Source of the DNA: Amoeboaphelidium protococcarum X5
Taxonomy: Eukaryota; Fungi; Aphelidiomycota
Reading direction: 5' to 3'
DNA length: 35,567 nucleotides
Assembly (NCBI GenBank): GCA_023515725.1
Contig: JALDTO010000036.1
Span: forward strand, 1-35,567
Positions 22,480 to 35,567 of this stretch are shown in pieces. The stretch's first letter is position 1. Each line of letters begins with the position of its first letter. The position numbers were made by a program, and so were the translations under genes. Under the pieces are notes generated by a model. That model was given only the letters and a program-made list of their open reading frames with translations. It was not told the DNA's origin and made no database searches.

Positions 22480-23934
22480 TTAAATTTCATCTTCCGATTC
22501 ATCTTCATCGTAAGATACATCTTCTGAGGTGTCGTCAGAGACAGAAGTATCAGACTGTTCATCGGCATAATTGTAGTGCTGCGAGTAATCTCCATCAGCA
22601 TCAGACATTAATTGATTACTGCTCACAAAGCCGCGATCATAAGCAGATTCCATCATCATGGTATCATCCGCATGATCAGATGGAGATTATACGGGAAACT
22701 TTTAAGAATATTAATCCCCAAGTTGAGAGTATGTGGACGAGGACAGCTCTTGCTTAAACCGATTCATAAAGTCCAATTCACTCTGCAGTTGCAACTTATC
22801 ACACAAAAGCCGCGAATCTTCAAAATCTATCCTATCTGCACATCTTTTCAATACTTGATGATACCGATCATTCAGCTGTATACTCCGCTTCTAGAAATGC
22901 GATGTATTAGACGATATACCAGACTGAAACTATTCATTGTCATACGAAAAATCTTACTCTTGATACTAGCAGAGATGATAAGGCATCAGCCGTTAAAGAG
23001 CATCAGAAAATGATTAAAATTTAGTTAAATTACTCTGGGCAAGTTTATCTTGATCCTACTTTAATCTCTTGGCTACCAGAGTGGACACTTGTGAAGATCG
23101 CACCATCAACTACTACCTAATCTAATCAATAGCCGATCTTTAAGATTACTACTAAAAATGTAAGGGGTTAACGTGCTAAGCATGCTATAGATTCATATAC
23201 TGCTACTACTATTGATGCTACTACTATTGATGCTACTACCATTACTACTATTATTGCTAATACTGCTACTTTTATTATTACTATTATTACATAGATGATT
23301 CAGATCTTGGTTGACTGATATTTTACATTTTCTGAGTCTACTTTTATAAAGCATTCTAATTCTACACAATGGAAGGCCCAACAACAGTCATTTAATCAAG
23401 ATTCATCTGTTGCCCGATAGCATTAAAATTAATGGGAGAATAAGGTGCTGCCATCAGCTTGGCCTAATTCAGCAACTGCTACTATTACTACTAAAGCATC
23501 AAGAGATCTCTTTACTACAGCGCTTAAACTTCCATCATTAATTACTACTACTAAGACTGCGGTACAGCTTTAATGTTAGCATTAGGAGCCAACTTGTACT
23601 TGAACAAACCATTCGATCCCAGATACTTCATCACTGGCAGGCCGGCAATTACCAGATGCTCAATATTTCTATTCAAATTATTCCCACCTTGGGTAGTATT
23701 AGTATTAGTGGAAGACTAGCGGGAAGGAGGCTAATGATGTGATAAAGACGGCGGAACAGCGGACTACTGCGGAGATAGTACAGAACTAATAACAGCATCT
23801 TAATTGGAATTCACATTACTCGCAGCAGGATCATTATTATTATTATGAGGAGTATTTATGGCAGTCGAGGGAGAAATTTGAGCAGGAAATCCGTGGCCAG
23901 AGGCAGAGGAGGAGTCATGCTTGTTTGAAGCCAT
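22480..23934 (-). CDS. GLTSCR1/BICRA-domain protein, Gln-rich with an acidic tail; 3' end uncertain (no TGA)
   Basis: ATG 23934; polyQ tracts made of TAA/TAG/CAG; KRLKQDQDKL...FQSFSDALQRLMPYHLCQ matches the GLTSCR1 domain core; acidic tail ...YDEDESEDEI followed by TAA at 22482-22480. The end is placed at that TAA provisionally. Confidence 0.7.
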
Positions 23935-24657
23935 GTGATGATGTCAATGGATAGGTTGTCGTCGTCGTCGTTTCACCTCAAGAATTCTCTTCTCTTTCTC
24001 TTTCTCTCTCTTCAGAGTTCTCTCCTCCTTCTCCTGTTCAACCGTTGGGCTCTCATTGCGCTGACAAACAATCGAACGATCGTCGTTCCCAGCAACCTTA
24101 AGGTTAGCGCCCGACAACGCGTCGCTTCATAAAAAAGGGATTACACGCGCTTCCATGACGGACTTTTTGTTTCATAAGTTTTGACTATTAAAGAATGCTG
24201 TATGGGGTTAAAATGAAAAGGTCTGATTGAATTTACTTTAACCGTATAAAGTTATGTGTAATGTACAGTAAATTGACTGAATACAACAGCGTTTGTTGCA
24301 TCTATTTTAGAATCTAATAGTTCATTCAGAATTCTATTGATAGTGATTTGACCTTCTATAATGCTAGCCATTAAATTCAAAACTTGGAATATTGTGAAGG
24401 CAGGCAGAGCAATGTATATTCAGTCAGTCAGTCGGCTCTAAATTGAGTCAGTGGATTTGTTTGATCCGATGCTCAGCCACCAGATGATTCTCTCACGCTT
24501 CAGGGAAAGAACAAACAAACAGCGCGAGTTTCATTTCCAGTCAGCCAGTTCATTCATCAGAGATCGCTCTCTCTCCTTGAAATACTCATCGAAACACTAA
24601 AAACTGCGAGAAGAAACATCTGACACGAATCACGCCCGTTTGAATAGATTCAGTATC

Positions 24658-26277
24658 ATGCTCAAGAATAGCACTAGTAGTATTAATCATTAATAGCCTG
24701 ATTAGGATTTGTCTTTTCAGCGTTCCGGTGCTCATCAAGGTACAACGATGCAGCGTAGTAGTTATCAGTATCCTAAAGTGCCCATAATATCGATTCCCAA
24801 TACAGATAACGTGCCGCATTCAAGGAAAGAGAGCACAAGTGTTGTACTATCACCTCGATCCATAGTGACCAGGGTGGATAGTATTGATCTATTTCCATCA
24901 GTGATTCATGGGTACTATATGGCCAAGATGGTTTCCGTACCTGGCTCTTCAGAGTGTATTCTGCATTCTAACAATGTTTATCTTCACATTATTGACGATT
25001 CTGTGGCTGCCGTGGCTCGAGATGGTGATTCTAATCTGCCCGCCGCCGACACTGATATTGCGTCATCGCCATTGCGTAATTGTAATAAATCATCCGATTG
25101 TTAAATGGTGGCGGAGTATTGCGATACTACTGGCGATGTATATGGCCATGTGTAAGTGAGTACTAGAGATTAGTATGCCGCTGTATAAGTAGATGGTGTC
25201 AATGATCTATATAGAAACTCTTATGGCCGTCTGAGTAGGAGTAGTGTCGCTAGTATATCTGATTTTGAGGTGGATGCGGATCAGAGCCCCGTTTTGTATA
25301 ATTAAGATAGTCATGGTTAGAGTAATGATATTGCTGCTTAGATGATTAGTTGCGAGTAACTTCCTATTGATCAGAGTGAGAATAAGAGTTAGTAGCATCA
25401 TCATGAAGACCATAGTGGCTCTCGACGATTTAAATTGCCATTGTCTATTGGACGCGATTTCTCAAAGATTCTGCCCCAAGTTCCACACCATGAGAATAAA
25501 AGTCACGTCAAAACTTCTCACAATGCTCACTAACATCTGCATCATCATCATAATCATCATAGTCATCATCATGTGAAAGAGTATGATAGTAAGAGCTGTG
25601 GTGGAGATGCCGGGGATCTTATTAAGTATTAGTCTCCTCTGCGGAACTCCTTTGTTCCAACAATGGACACTAGTTCTAGTTCAAGCGACAGTCTGAGTAC
25701 TGTTAGTACTAAAGATCAGCTTAGTGGAGAGGTTGTTCAGTCTAATTCCACTGCTTAAAGTGGCTCAGGGCACTAGAAAGTCTCTCATGATTGTCACCAC
25801 TCTGCACTTGCACATCTGGCAAACTATCAGTAGAGTAGATATTCTGGGAAAAGTCTAAGGCCGTAAATAATAGTAGAAGAGCCAACTATCAGTAGTAATG
25901 AGACTGATGAAAGTGTTCGGGATACGTCTTATGGCGGAATTAGTCATCACAAACCTATTGTTAATGGAGTATACTCACTGCGGCCGTTGGTTGGATCTAC
26001 AGCCAATGTACATAACGACATTTGTGATTATCATCCAGATTACATTGTGGTCTTCTATGATCCTCAATAATAGAATTAGACGAGGAGCGGTGCGCGTTAT
26101 TCCTAATCATAGAGTTGCATGCGGAAAATATCACCTAGCACCTCATCTACAGGGAAGCCCGCGTCAGAGAGTCGACGTAAACGCGTTTTAATTGAGATGT
26201 TACAACAGCATTCTGACGCTTGCGATAGTCACCTAAAGCCATCCGCTCATTTTGGTCCCATTGAAGAAGTTAGCTGA
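24658..26277 (+). CDS. Hypothetical Ser/His-rich disordered protein (539 aa)
   Basis: TGA-free frame from ATG 24658 to TGA 26275-26277, with His tract HQHLHHHHNHHSHHH. No recognised domain. Confidence 0.65.
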
Positions 26278-26542
26278 ATGTATGTATGTATATCTCTGCC
26301 AATCAATGTGAAGAATATGTATATGATATAAATAGTTGTGTGAAATAAATTGTCTATATGCGGTATATTTATGGTTTACATCTCTTTCATGTACAGTAAA
26401 TTTGTGATCTTGAATCGCCACATTTGACGTTCCAGCGCTTTTTCCTCTCCGAGCTTAACATTTGGCTGAAAATAAAATTTCCATCTTAAGTTCCTTTTAA
26501 AGTAGACAGTAGCTAAGTTTAATCTAAGAGCTTTTAAAGATT

Positions 26543-28570
26543 ATGCAGAAGCGGGAAGAGGTGAACATTGTCGTTGTTGGCGATGATAAAGCTGGTAAAT
26601 CTACGCTTATTAATACGTTTGTGAAGGAGGAGTTTGAAGAAGATTTGCCCCAGGTGCTGCCTGTCTACATGATCCCCGCCGATATCACGATTGATCATTT
26701 AAACACTTTGATCGCAGACACCAATTTGTCATAGATGGTTCATTTAAAAGAGTCGCTTTATACCGCGGATGTTGTATGTCTTGTTTACGATGCTTGTCAG
26801 GCGTCTATTATGCCATCCGGGCCCCAGAGTGATAACATAGCAGGCAGTAAAGTCATTGATCGAATCGCCACGTTCTGGATGCCTCTGATTAGATCGAATA
26901 CAAGATAGCAGGTTCCCGTGATTCTGGTTGCCAATAAGATTGATCTGCAACCGAGAAGGCATTCCAATGCGTTCAATGGTACATCGTCACCGACCAATAT
27001 CCACGCAATGTCATTGATGTAGAAATTCAAAGAGATCGAGAGCTGCTGTGAAGTTTCGTGTAAAGAAATGGTTAACGTGGCTGAAGTTTTCTATTTCTGT
27101 AGTAAAGCTGTGCTTCATCCTACCTCTCCACTTTGGGATGTTCATAGTCACTCCATGAAGCGTGAGGCTAAAGAAGCCTTGGAGCGTATTTTCAAGCTAT
27201 GCGATCTGGATAATGATAATCTGTTGGATGATTCTGAGTTGAATAGATTCTAGCGCAAGGTTTTTGGAAGTCCTTTATAGAGCTCTGAGCTGGAGGGAGT
27301 GAAGGATGTCGTGCGTTAAGGTCTACCGGCTCAGGCTGGTGTACGTAACAATGCACTTACTGTGGAGGGGTTTGTGTACCTGCACTCATTGTTCATATAG
27401 CGTGGCAGACGGGAGACCATCTGGAAAGTTTTGAGAAAGTTTGGTTATGATAATCAAGTGGAATTGCGCTTAGACTTCATAAGTCCAGAGCTCAAGGTTG
27501 GTGACGGAGATGCGACTGAGCTTAGTCCGCGTGGATATTAGTTCTTTATCGATTTGTTTAGAAGATTTGATTTGGATCATAACGGATCGCTAAGTGATTA
27601 GGAGATTAACGCTCTATTCAGTACGTGTCCTGTGTTTAATGGTACCAGGATACCGTGGAGTAATTATAGTGAACGCACTGTAAGCAATGGTCCTGAGTTG
27701 ACGTTATAAGGATTTTTAGCTCTGTGGAGTATGACCACTCTGTTGGATTATAACAAGACGCTAGCATATTTGGCTTATCTTGGATTTGAGGGTGATACTA
27801 GGAACGCGGTGAAAGTTATTAAGAATCGCCGTGATGGTACAATTAGGAAGAGGAATGCTCGCAATGTGTTCCATTGTTTACTGCTTGGTGCCAAAGGATG
27901 TGGTAAGACTGAGTTTTGTCGATTTATGGCTGAGAAGCAGTTCCATCCGCAGTATGATCCGAATTATCCATCAATGACGTATGTGAATGCTATCGATAGT
28001 CAAGGATCGGAAAAGTATTTAATTATCTAGGAGGTGGCCATAGATGAAGTTACGCGTGTGACTGGAAATAAGTAGCTGATGGTAGATGTAGATGCTGTGA
28101 TTATGATGTACGACTGCTCAGATGCCAATTCTTTCAACTACATTACTTCGCTACGATCATAAAGTCACGATTTGGACTTTCTTCCACTTGTGATTGTGGG
28201 AAGTAAGCGAGATTTACCAATGGTCAAATAATTAGATTGTCCGCTGTAGCCTGCAGAGTATTGTTAGTCGCTGAAGATCCCACCACCTTGCATGGTATCC
28301 TGCAAGACCAAAGATGTGGGTGAAGTATTTACTCATGTCGTATAAGTATGTCTCGCTCCATACCAGGCTATACCACATTCAAGCACAAGTATTACGCGTA
28401 TACTATCATCTAATAAGCGATTAACTAGATGGCTTGGTGTATCTTCCTTTGCCGCAGTTCTATGTGCGAGTGGATTTTGGATGCTTCGAAGGTATCCTAC
28501 ATCTATCAGAAGATTATGGACTAGAATTACATCTGTGTTCTACCCCGGATCGTATCAAAGTATATAATGA
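26543..28570 (+). CDS. GEM1: Mitochondrial Rho GTPase Miro/Gem1 (675 aa)
   Basis: GTPase 1 (GDDKAGKST, VILVANKID), KAVLHPTSPL, EF-hands (DLDNDNLLDDSE, DLDHNGSLSDQE), WSMTTLLDY..LAYLAYLGF, GTPase 2 (GAKGCGKT) and a C-terminal TM. Ends TAA-TGA. Confidence 0.94.
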
Positions 28571-28781
28571 TATAGTGATCACTAGATATTAAAGTATCAT
28601 TGCGAATAATAAGGTACCTGTTTCTTCTTAAACCATTTGAATCTGCCACACAAACTCCTTCAAAGTTGTTTGTTAAAGACTGACGGGAATTGATGACAAT
28701 TCGAATATTAGGAAACTTTGTTGGACTTTAGACGAAAAAGAATTGAACTGAAACAACTATCTATTAATATCATTCCTACGC

Positions 28782-28920
28782 TTTTCGCGTCGCATTATCT
28801 ATGTTATTGCCGTTCCAATATCAACGTTTTATGGTCTGAAACGCGTCGCTAAAGTTGGCTTGATCTCTCTCATCGTCGCTGCTTTTCAAACATTTCTCTC
28901 AACTTTTATTTAAGCGCGTT
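28782..28920. promoter_or_regulatory. Cluster of CGCG-core (MCB/SCB/E2F-like) sites upstream of CAF-1 p60
   Basis: TTTTCGCGT 28782-28790, ACGCGT 28841-28846 and GCGCGTT near 28914, all in AT-rich intergenic DNA. Confidence 0.4.
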
Positions 28921-29067
28921 TTTTGGACCTTCTGTTTCATCTCAATTTGGCTGGTCTTCTTGTCTCTTTCGTATATCGTCTATATACATAAAAATCTGGT
29001 GTATACTGTCTGTAATAGTTGATACTATTCTGAGCGATATCATTTAGCTAGAAGTACGTTTGAAGTT

Positions 29068-30817
29068 ATGCGGGCCAAGACTTTGACAATCTACTGGCAC
29101 AATAAGCAGCCAATTTATGCTTGTGATTTCTAGAAAAGCGACGGTGTTACTTTCAGTGGTGGAACTAGTAGTAATATTGGGAGATTTGCTACAGCTGGGG
29201 CAGATTCTTGTGCACGTGTAAGATTGTATTTTGTATTATGTTATTAGAGTTTAGTATATCTAACATCTTAGTGCAAAAAACATTGTGTAGTTGTGGAGAG
29301 TGAATGCTGATGAAAGTGTAAAGTACTTGTGCACACTTTAGAGACATGATGCCGGTGTGAATTGCGTGCGCTGGTGTCCTAATAAACCGCTGCTTGCCAC
29401 TGCTGGAGATGACGGAGTTATTGTAGTGTGGAAGTCAAGTGACTAAAATGCAGATGGATCGAGTCGTTAGGTTTCTTCAGCATTCCAGTAGGCACTTGGT
29501 GACGCGGATGGAGATGAAGAGGTTGAAAAGTGGATTCCGCTGTGTATATTGCTGTAATCTTACTATTCTTATATATTTCAAAGTGTATATTGTTTAATTA
29601 ATTTTGATTATATAAATGTAGAGGTCCACAAAGAGCTGCTATATTCGATTTAGCTTGGTCACCATGCGGAACTTATATCGCGTCCGTATCTGATATTGAT
29701 AATGCTCTGCGCATCTGGAATTTTAATGAAAGTAAGATTATTAACTTGCATTTGGGATAAAAATTTATTTTATATTTATTTAACGCAAACATGTAGAGAA
29801 ATTGGTGTGTCAATAAGTTGATCATAAACATTTTGTTCAAGGTGTCAGTTGGAGTTCTGACGGTTTACAAATTGCTACTCAGTCTTCAGACAGGTTTGAT
29901 ACATATTTATACACCTTATTCACTAATTTATTTCTGCTCTATATCAATCAATGTGTAGATCGGTTATTGTATATTCTGTTAAAAATAATGGAAAGACGTT
30001 GAAACTTATTGTAAGTCTAAGGTCCTCTAGGCTGGAGATCCCTTTAATCGCTGAAAATAACTAAGGATCTATAACTGAAAATGCTCCTTAAACTCAGGAG
30101 AATTCTGCATAGAGTGGTGAACCTAGTATCCAGAGTATTCCTAAAAAGACTTCTAATCACGTTAAATTGTATCAAGATGAGAATACATCGTCTTTCTTTA
30201 GGCGCTTATAATATTCGCCTGATTGCAAAATCCTGGCATGTCCTTCTGGTATATATTAGGATTCTAGTAACAGTCATAGCACCGTCAAATGTGTATATGC
30301 TTACGCTGCACATAACATCAAAGCTGGACCTGTGTGTTGTTTCAATGTCGGTAAAAAGCCTGCAGTGGCTGTCAGATGGTCTCCAGTGAAATACGCTCTC
30401 AATCGAAATATCAATAATGTCATTCCACCCGTGTTCAATCTGCCGTACCGTATGCTTCTTGCTGTTGCTACTCATGACGCTATTATTGTCTTCGATACCC
30501 AGCAAGAGGTGCCGCTGACTTTGGTAAAGAATTTGCATTATCATCACTTGACTGATCTGACATGGGCACCTGATGGACTTTCGTTGCTTGTAGCAAGTTC
30601 TGACGGCTTCTGCTCAGTCATACAATTTGATCAAGGCGAGTTGGGAGATTTGTATGAATGCAATGATGTGGCTGATCAAAGCGCGTCATCCATGTAAACC
30701 ACAGTGGAGAATGCGTTGACACCATCTGAGATTGGTAAATAGTCTATCGCTTCATCTATTAACATTCTGTCCGTCTCCAAGAAAGCCGCATCTGATGATT
30801 GTATCATCATTGAATGA
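29068..30817 (+). CDS. CAC2: Chromatin assembly factor 1 subunit B (Cac2/p60, WD40); introns 29218-29290, 29554-29621, 29732-29796, 29894-29958
   Basis: MRAKTLTIYWHNKQPIYACDF, RFATAGAD, HDAGVNCVRW, IFDLAWSP, HKHFVQGVSW, QSSDRSV, LYQDENTSSFFRRL, FNLPYRMLLAVAT, NLHYHHLTDLTWAPDG..SSDGFCS; TGA 30815-30817. Confidence 0.92.
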
Positions 30818-31112
30818 TTAATTACGTGAATGCTAAACTCCGCCGCGTCAACCAATAAGAGGCGCTGTTACGAGTTTAATGAAATACTATAGTAATCTCT
30901 GTCTGAATCATCATCACTACCTTCCCGTTTCCATTTCCATTCATGACGTTGACGGGTGAAACAGGCGACGATCGTCCGATTTCAGTTTCGATCTCGCCTT
31001 CTTTTAATGTTTACGCGTTGCTTATTTGGTTCTTATTTCCCACAGGTCTTGATTGCATATTCTGTACATTGCACATTTGAACTGTCGTTGCTGAAAACTC
31101 TTTGTTCCTCAT

Positions 31113-31113
<1 letters not shown>

Positions 31114-31137
<24 letters not shown>
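31114..31137. repeat. (CT)n microsatellite in the 5' region of the sulfotransferase gene
   Basis: About 12 CT units. Confidence 0.8.
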
Positions 31138-31143
<6 letters not shown>

Positions 31144-31202
31144 GTATGCACTTACTTTCAGCCATATAAAGTCTCATTCAATAGATACCCAGAGGCATTA
31201 AA

Positions 31203-32247
31203 ATGTAGAGACAAATGGCAAAGAAAGTGATATATCTCGTAGTGTTGTTGATAGTGGCATCGTTTTTGCTCTTTCTACAGCGCAAAAAGCAGAAAATTGT
31301 TCTGCTATATGGTCGTGGCGGTCCCAATTTTGAAACAAGTCAAGATAATCATCAATGCAGTGTCAGCTAGTGTAAGTATTACGCGTTGTTTATAAAATTT
31401 TTAAATTTTATTCTATATACTCGAGTGAATGCGTGTAGCTGTAAGAAAGGATAATGTTGATAGAGTCACAGCACTTGCATCGTTCCCAAGGAGCGGAAAT
31501 TCCTTCTTGCGGTACCAGGTGGAAAGTTGCACTTAATACACCACGTCATCAATGTACTGCGACAAGTACTTGAGAAAGACATTCAAGTCAGAGTGTGATA
31601 AGACTGATAAGTTCTTGGTGAAGACGCACTATCCAGTGACATCACTGAAACGATACCCAGATCCGCAGACTCATTGGCAGGGATTCGACCAATTTATTCA
31701 TTTGGTGAGAAATCCGTTCGACTCGATTGTCTCGTATCATCACTGGCACCGAAATGTGTAAAATCACACTAAAAAGGTGTAAGAAGTTGAGAGTTTTCGC
31801 GATTCATTACGTTTGGACAAGTTGCAATGGTATGTTGACAAGTATCGCAGTCATTATCTGTATTGGAAATCCGTTCCACTTCCGTCCATCCTGGTAAAGT
31901 ATGAAGAGCTTAGATCCGATTAGCTTCTGGAAATGTAGCGTGTAATCAAAATGCTTTTGCCATCAGAGTACTTGGATGATAGCGAATATTATGTTGGACA
32001 GATCTATTGCGCAATTAATGATAAGGGATCGCCTTATACATCCAAGACTTAATCTAATGACAACTACTATGGTTTAGCATGGTTGAGCGATGAACATATC
32101 TCTTTAATTAAAGATCAGCTCGGGCCTATTTTGTGCGAATTGGGTTACGCTGGTGATGTCAAATTAGATTGTCTATAATACAACGCGTCAGTTGATTTTT
32201 AACATAGAATTGACGAGCTTATACAAAGAGATAACAGTCAGAAGTGA
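31203..32247 (+). CDS. Type II membrane PAPS-dependent sulfotransferase (WSCD-like catalytic domain); intron 31372-31438
   Basis: N-terminal TM (VIYLVVLLIVASFLLFL); 5'-PSB motif ALASFPRSGNSFLR; LVKTHYP; 3'-PB motif IHLVRNPFDSIVSY; VKYEEL; TGA 32245-32247. Start is ATG 31203 or 31215. Confidence 0.82.
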
Positions 32248-32356
32248 TATGAATGAGATTCAAAGTATCGCTTTGAAACAAAGTCAATTTGTACAATAAG
32301 AAAATAGTTTTCATAGCTGAGTAGTCTTTGTCATTTTATAAAGAATCATAATAAAC

Positions 32357-34858
<2,502 letters not shown>

Positions 34859-35022
34859 AACGCAATTAAATCACACAAGATATATAGAGATATTATTGAA
34901 ATAGTTTGCAAATAGGAGAGGTATACTATGCAAGAGTGACTAATCTGTCATACAACTGATAAGGAAGGATGAACAGAATAGAATAGGAATGTTTTAGCCA
35001 ACAAAAGAGGAAAGAAGGCAGA

Positions 35023-35044
35023 TCAATCAATCAATCAATCAATC
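35023..35044. repeat. (TCAA)n microsatellite
   Basis: About five TCAA units in the divergent intergenic region upstream of YAK1. Confidence 0.75.
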
Positions 35045-35054
35045 CAAACGAAGA

Positions 35055-35567
35055 ATGATTGATGTGGCTTAGCTTTACGATCTGAAGAAGATTTAACATT
35101 CCAGCCCGTTTCACTTTAACTTTTTCTTTCATTGCACCTATACTTTTAAGAAGAATTTGTATTGTTCAATATTATTGTTGCAGTCTTTAATTCATGGCAA
35201 ATATCATTTGTTCATACTGACTTGTGGTGTAAGTCTATAATTTTGTACCTCAGCCTCAAACTTTTTACATATGTAGTATTTAAAAGTCAAAATCAACTTG
35301 AATAATGCGTAGAGAAAGACGATGATGAGAAAGTTCTAGATGAATCCTACGATAGTATAGCGATTGGACAATTGGTAATATGTCAAGGAAGAATATGGCC
35401 TTACAATAGTACTCGTCAAGAATAAGACTATACAGGATTCTCTTTCACTAGTCACACTGTTAAGAGCATAAAACAGGGTCACATCTCAATATCAATGGCG
35501 CAAAAGCTGCATGATGATTCAAAGGTAGATCATTCATCTCACTAAACAGCAATATTTGAATCTGCTG
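35055..35567 (+). CDS. Probable 5' part of a gene running off the window; frame and product unresolved
   Basis: Candidate intron GTAAGT(35229)...ATGTAG(35276). Two + frames are TGA-free downstream of it; one reads SIAIGQLVICQGRIWPY, vaguely like an OB-fold strand. Confidence 0.3.

Noticed and set aside
30011-30031. Extra intron in CAC2 at GTAAGT (30011)
   Set aside because: The frame is already open and correct through to the conserved FFRRL motif, and there is no TGTAG acceptor at a typical distance.

Overview
Left end of a chromosome from a compact, intron-poor eukaryote that reads TAA and TAG as glutamine (translation table 6), with TGA as the stop. The supplied ORF track is fragmented for this reason. 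The gene content is opisthokont and fungus-adjacent (Vma11-like proteolipid, Yak1, Gem1/Miro, EHD, SERINC). Together with the code, this fits an aphelid such as Amoeboaphelidium protococcarum, which is an inference only. Re-read with table 6, the window holds a mixed CCCTAA/CCCTG telomere joined directly to the 3' remnant of a coding sequence, 17 apparently complete genes and one partial gene. The genes are mitochondrial uL11, EHD, an FCP1-like HAD protein, three tandem receptor-like kinases, a proteobacterial-type thymidine kinase with two introns, V-ATPase c', an INTS7-like hypothetical, a C2-C2-C1-RasGAP-4xLIM protein, SERINC, a GLTSCR1/BICRA-domain protein, a disordered hypothetical, Miro, CAF-1 p60, a membrane sulfotransferase and Yak1. 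The most notable observations are: (1) the receptor kinase array has bacterial SBBP-like ectodomains, no evident signal peptide and non-RD kinase domains that all stop just after helix F; (2) the GLTSCR1 gene has no TGA and runs in frame into SERINC through a TAA-dense stretch; (3) the telomere caps a broken gene with no subtelomere; (4) every intron ends in TGTAG. All translations were done by eye, and family calls rest on remembered motifs, not database searches.
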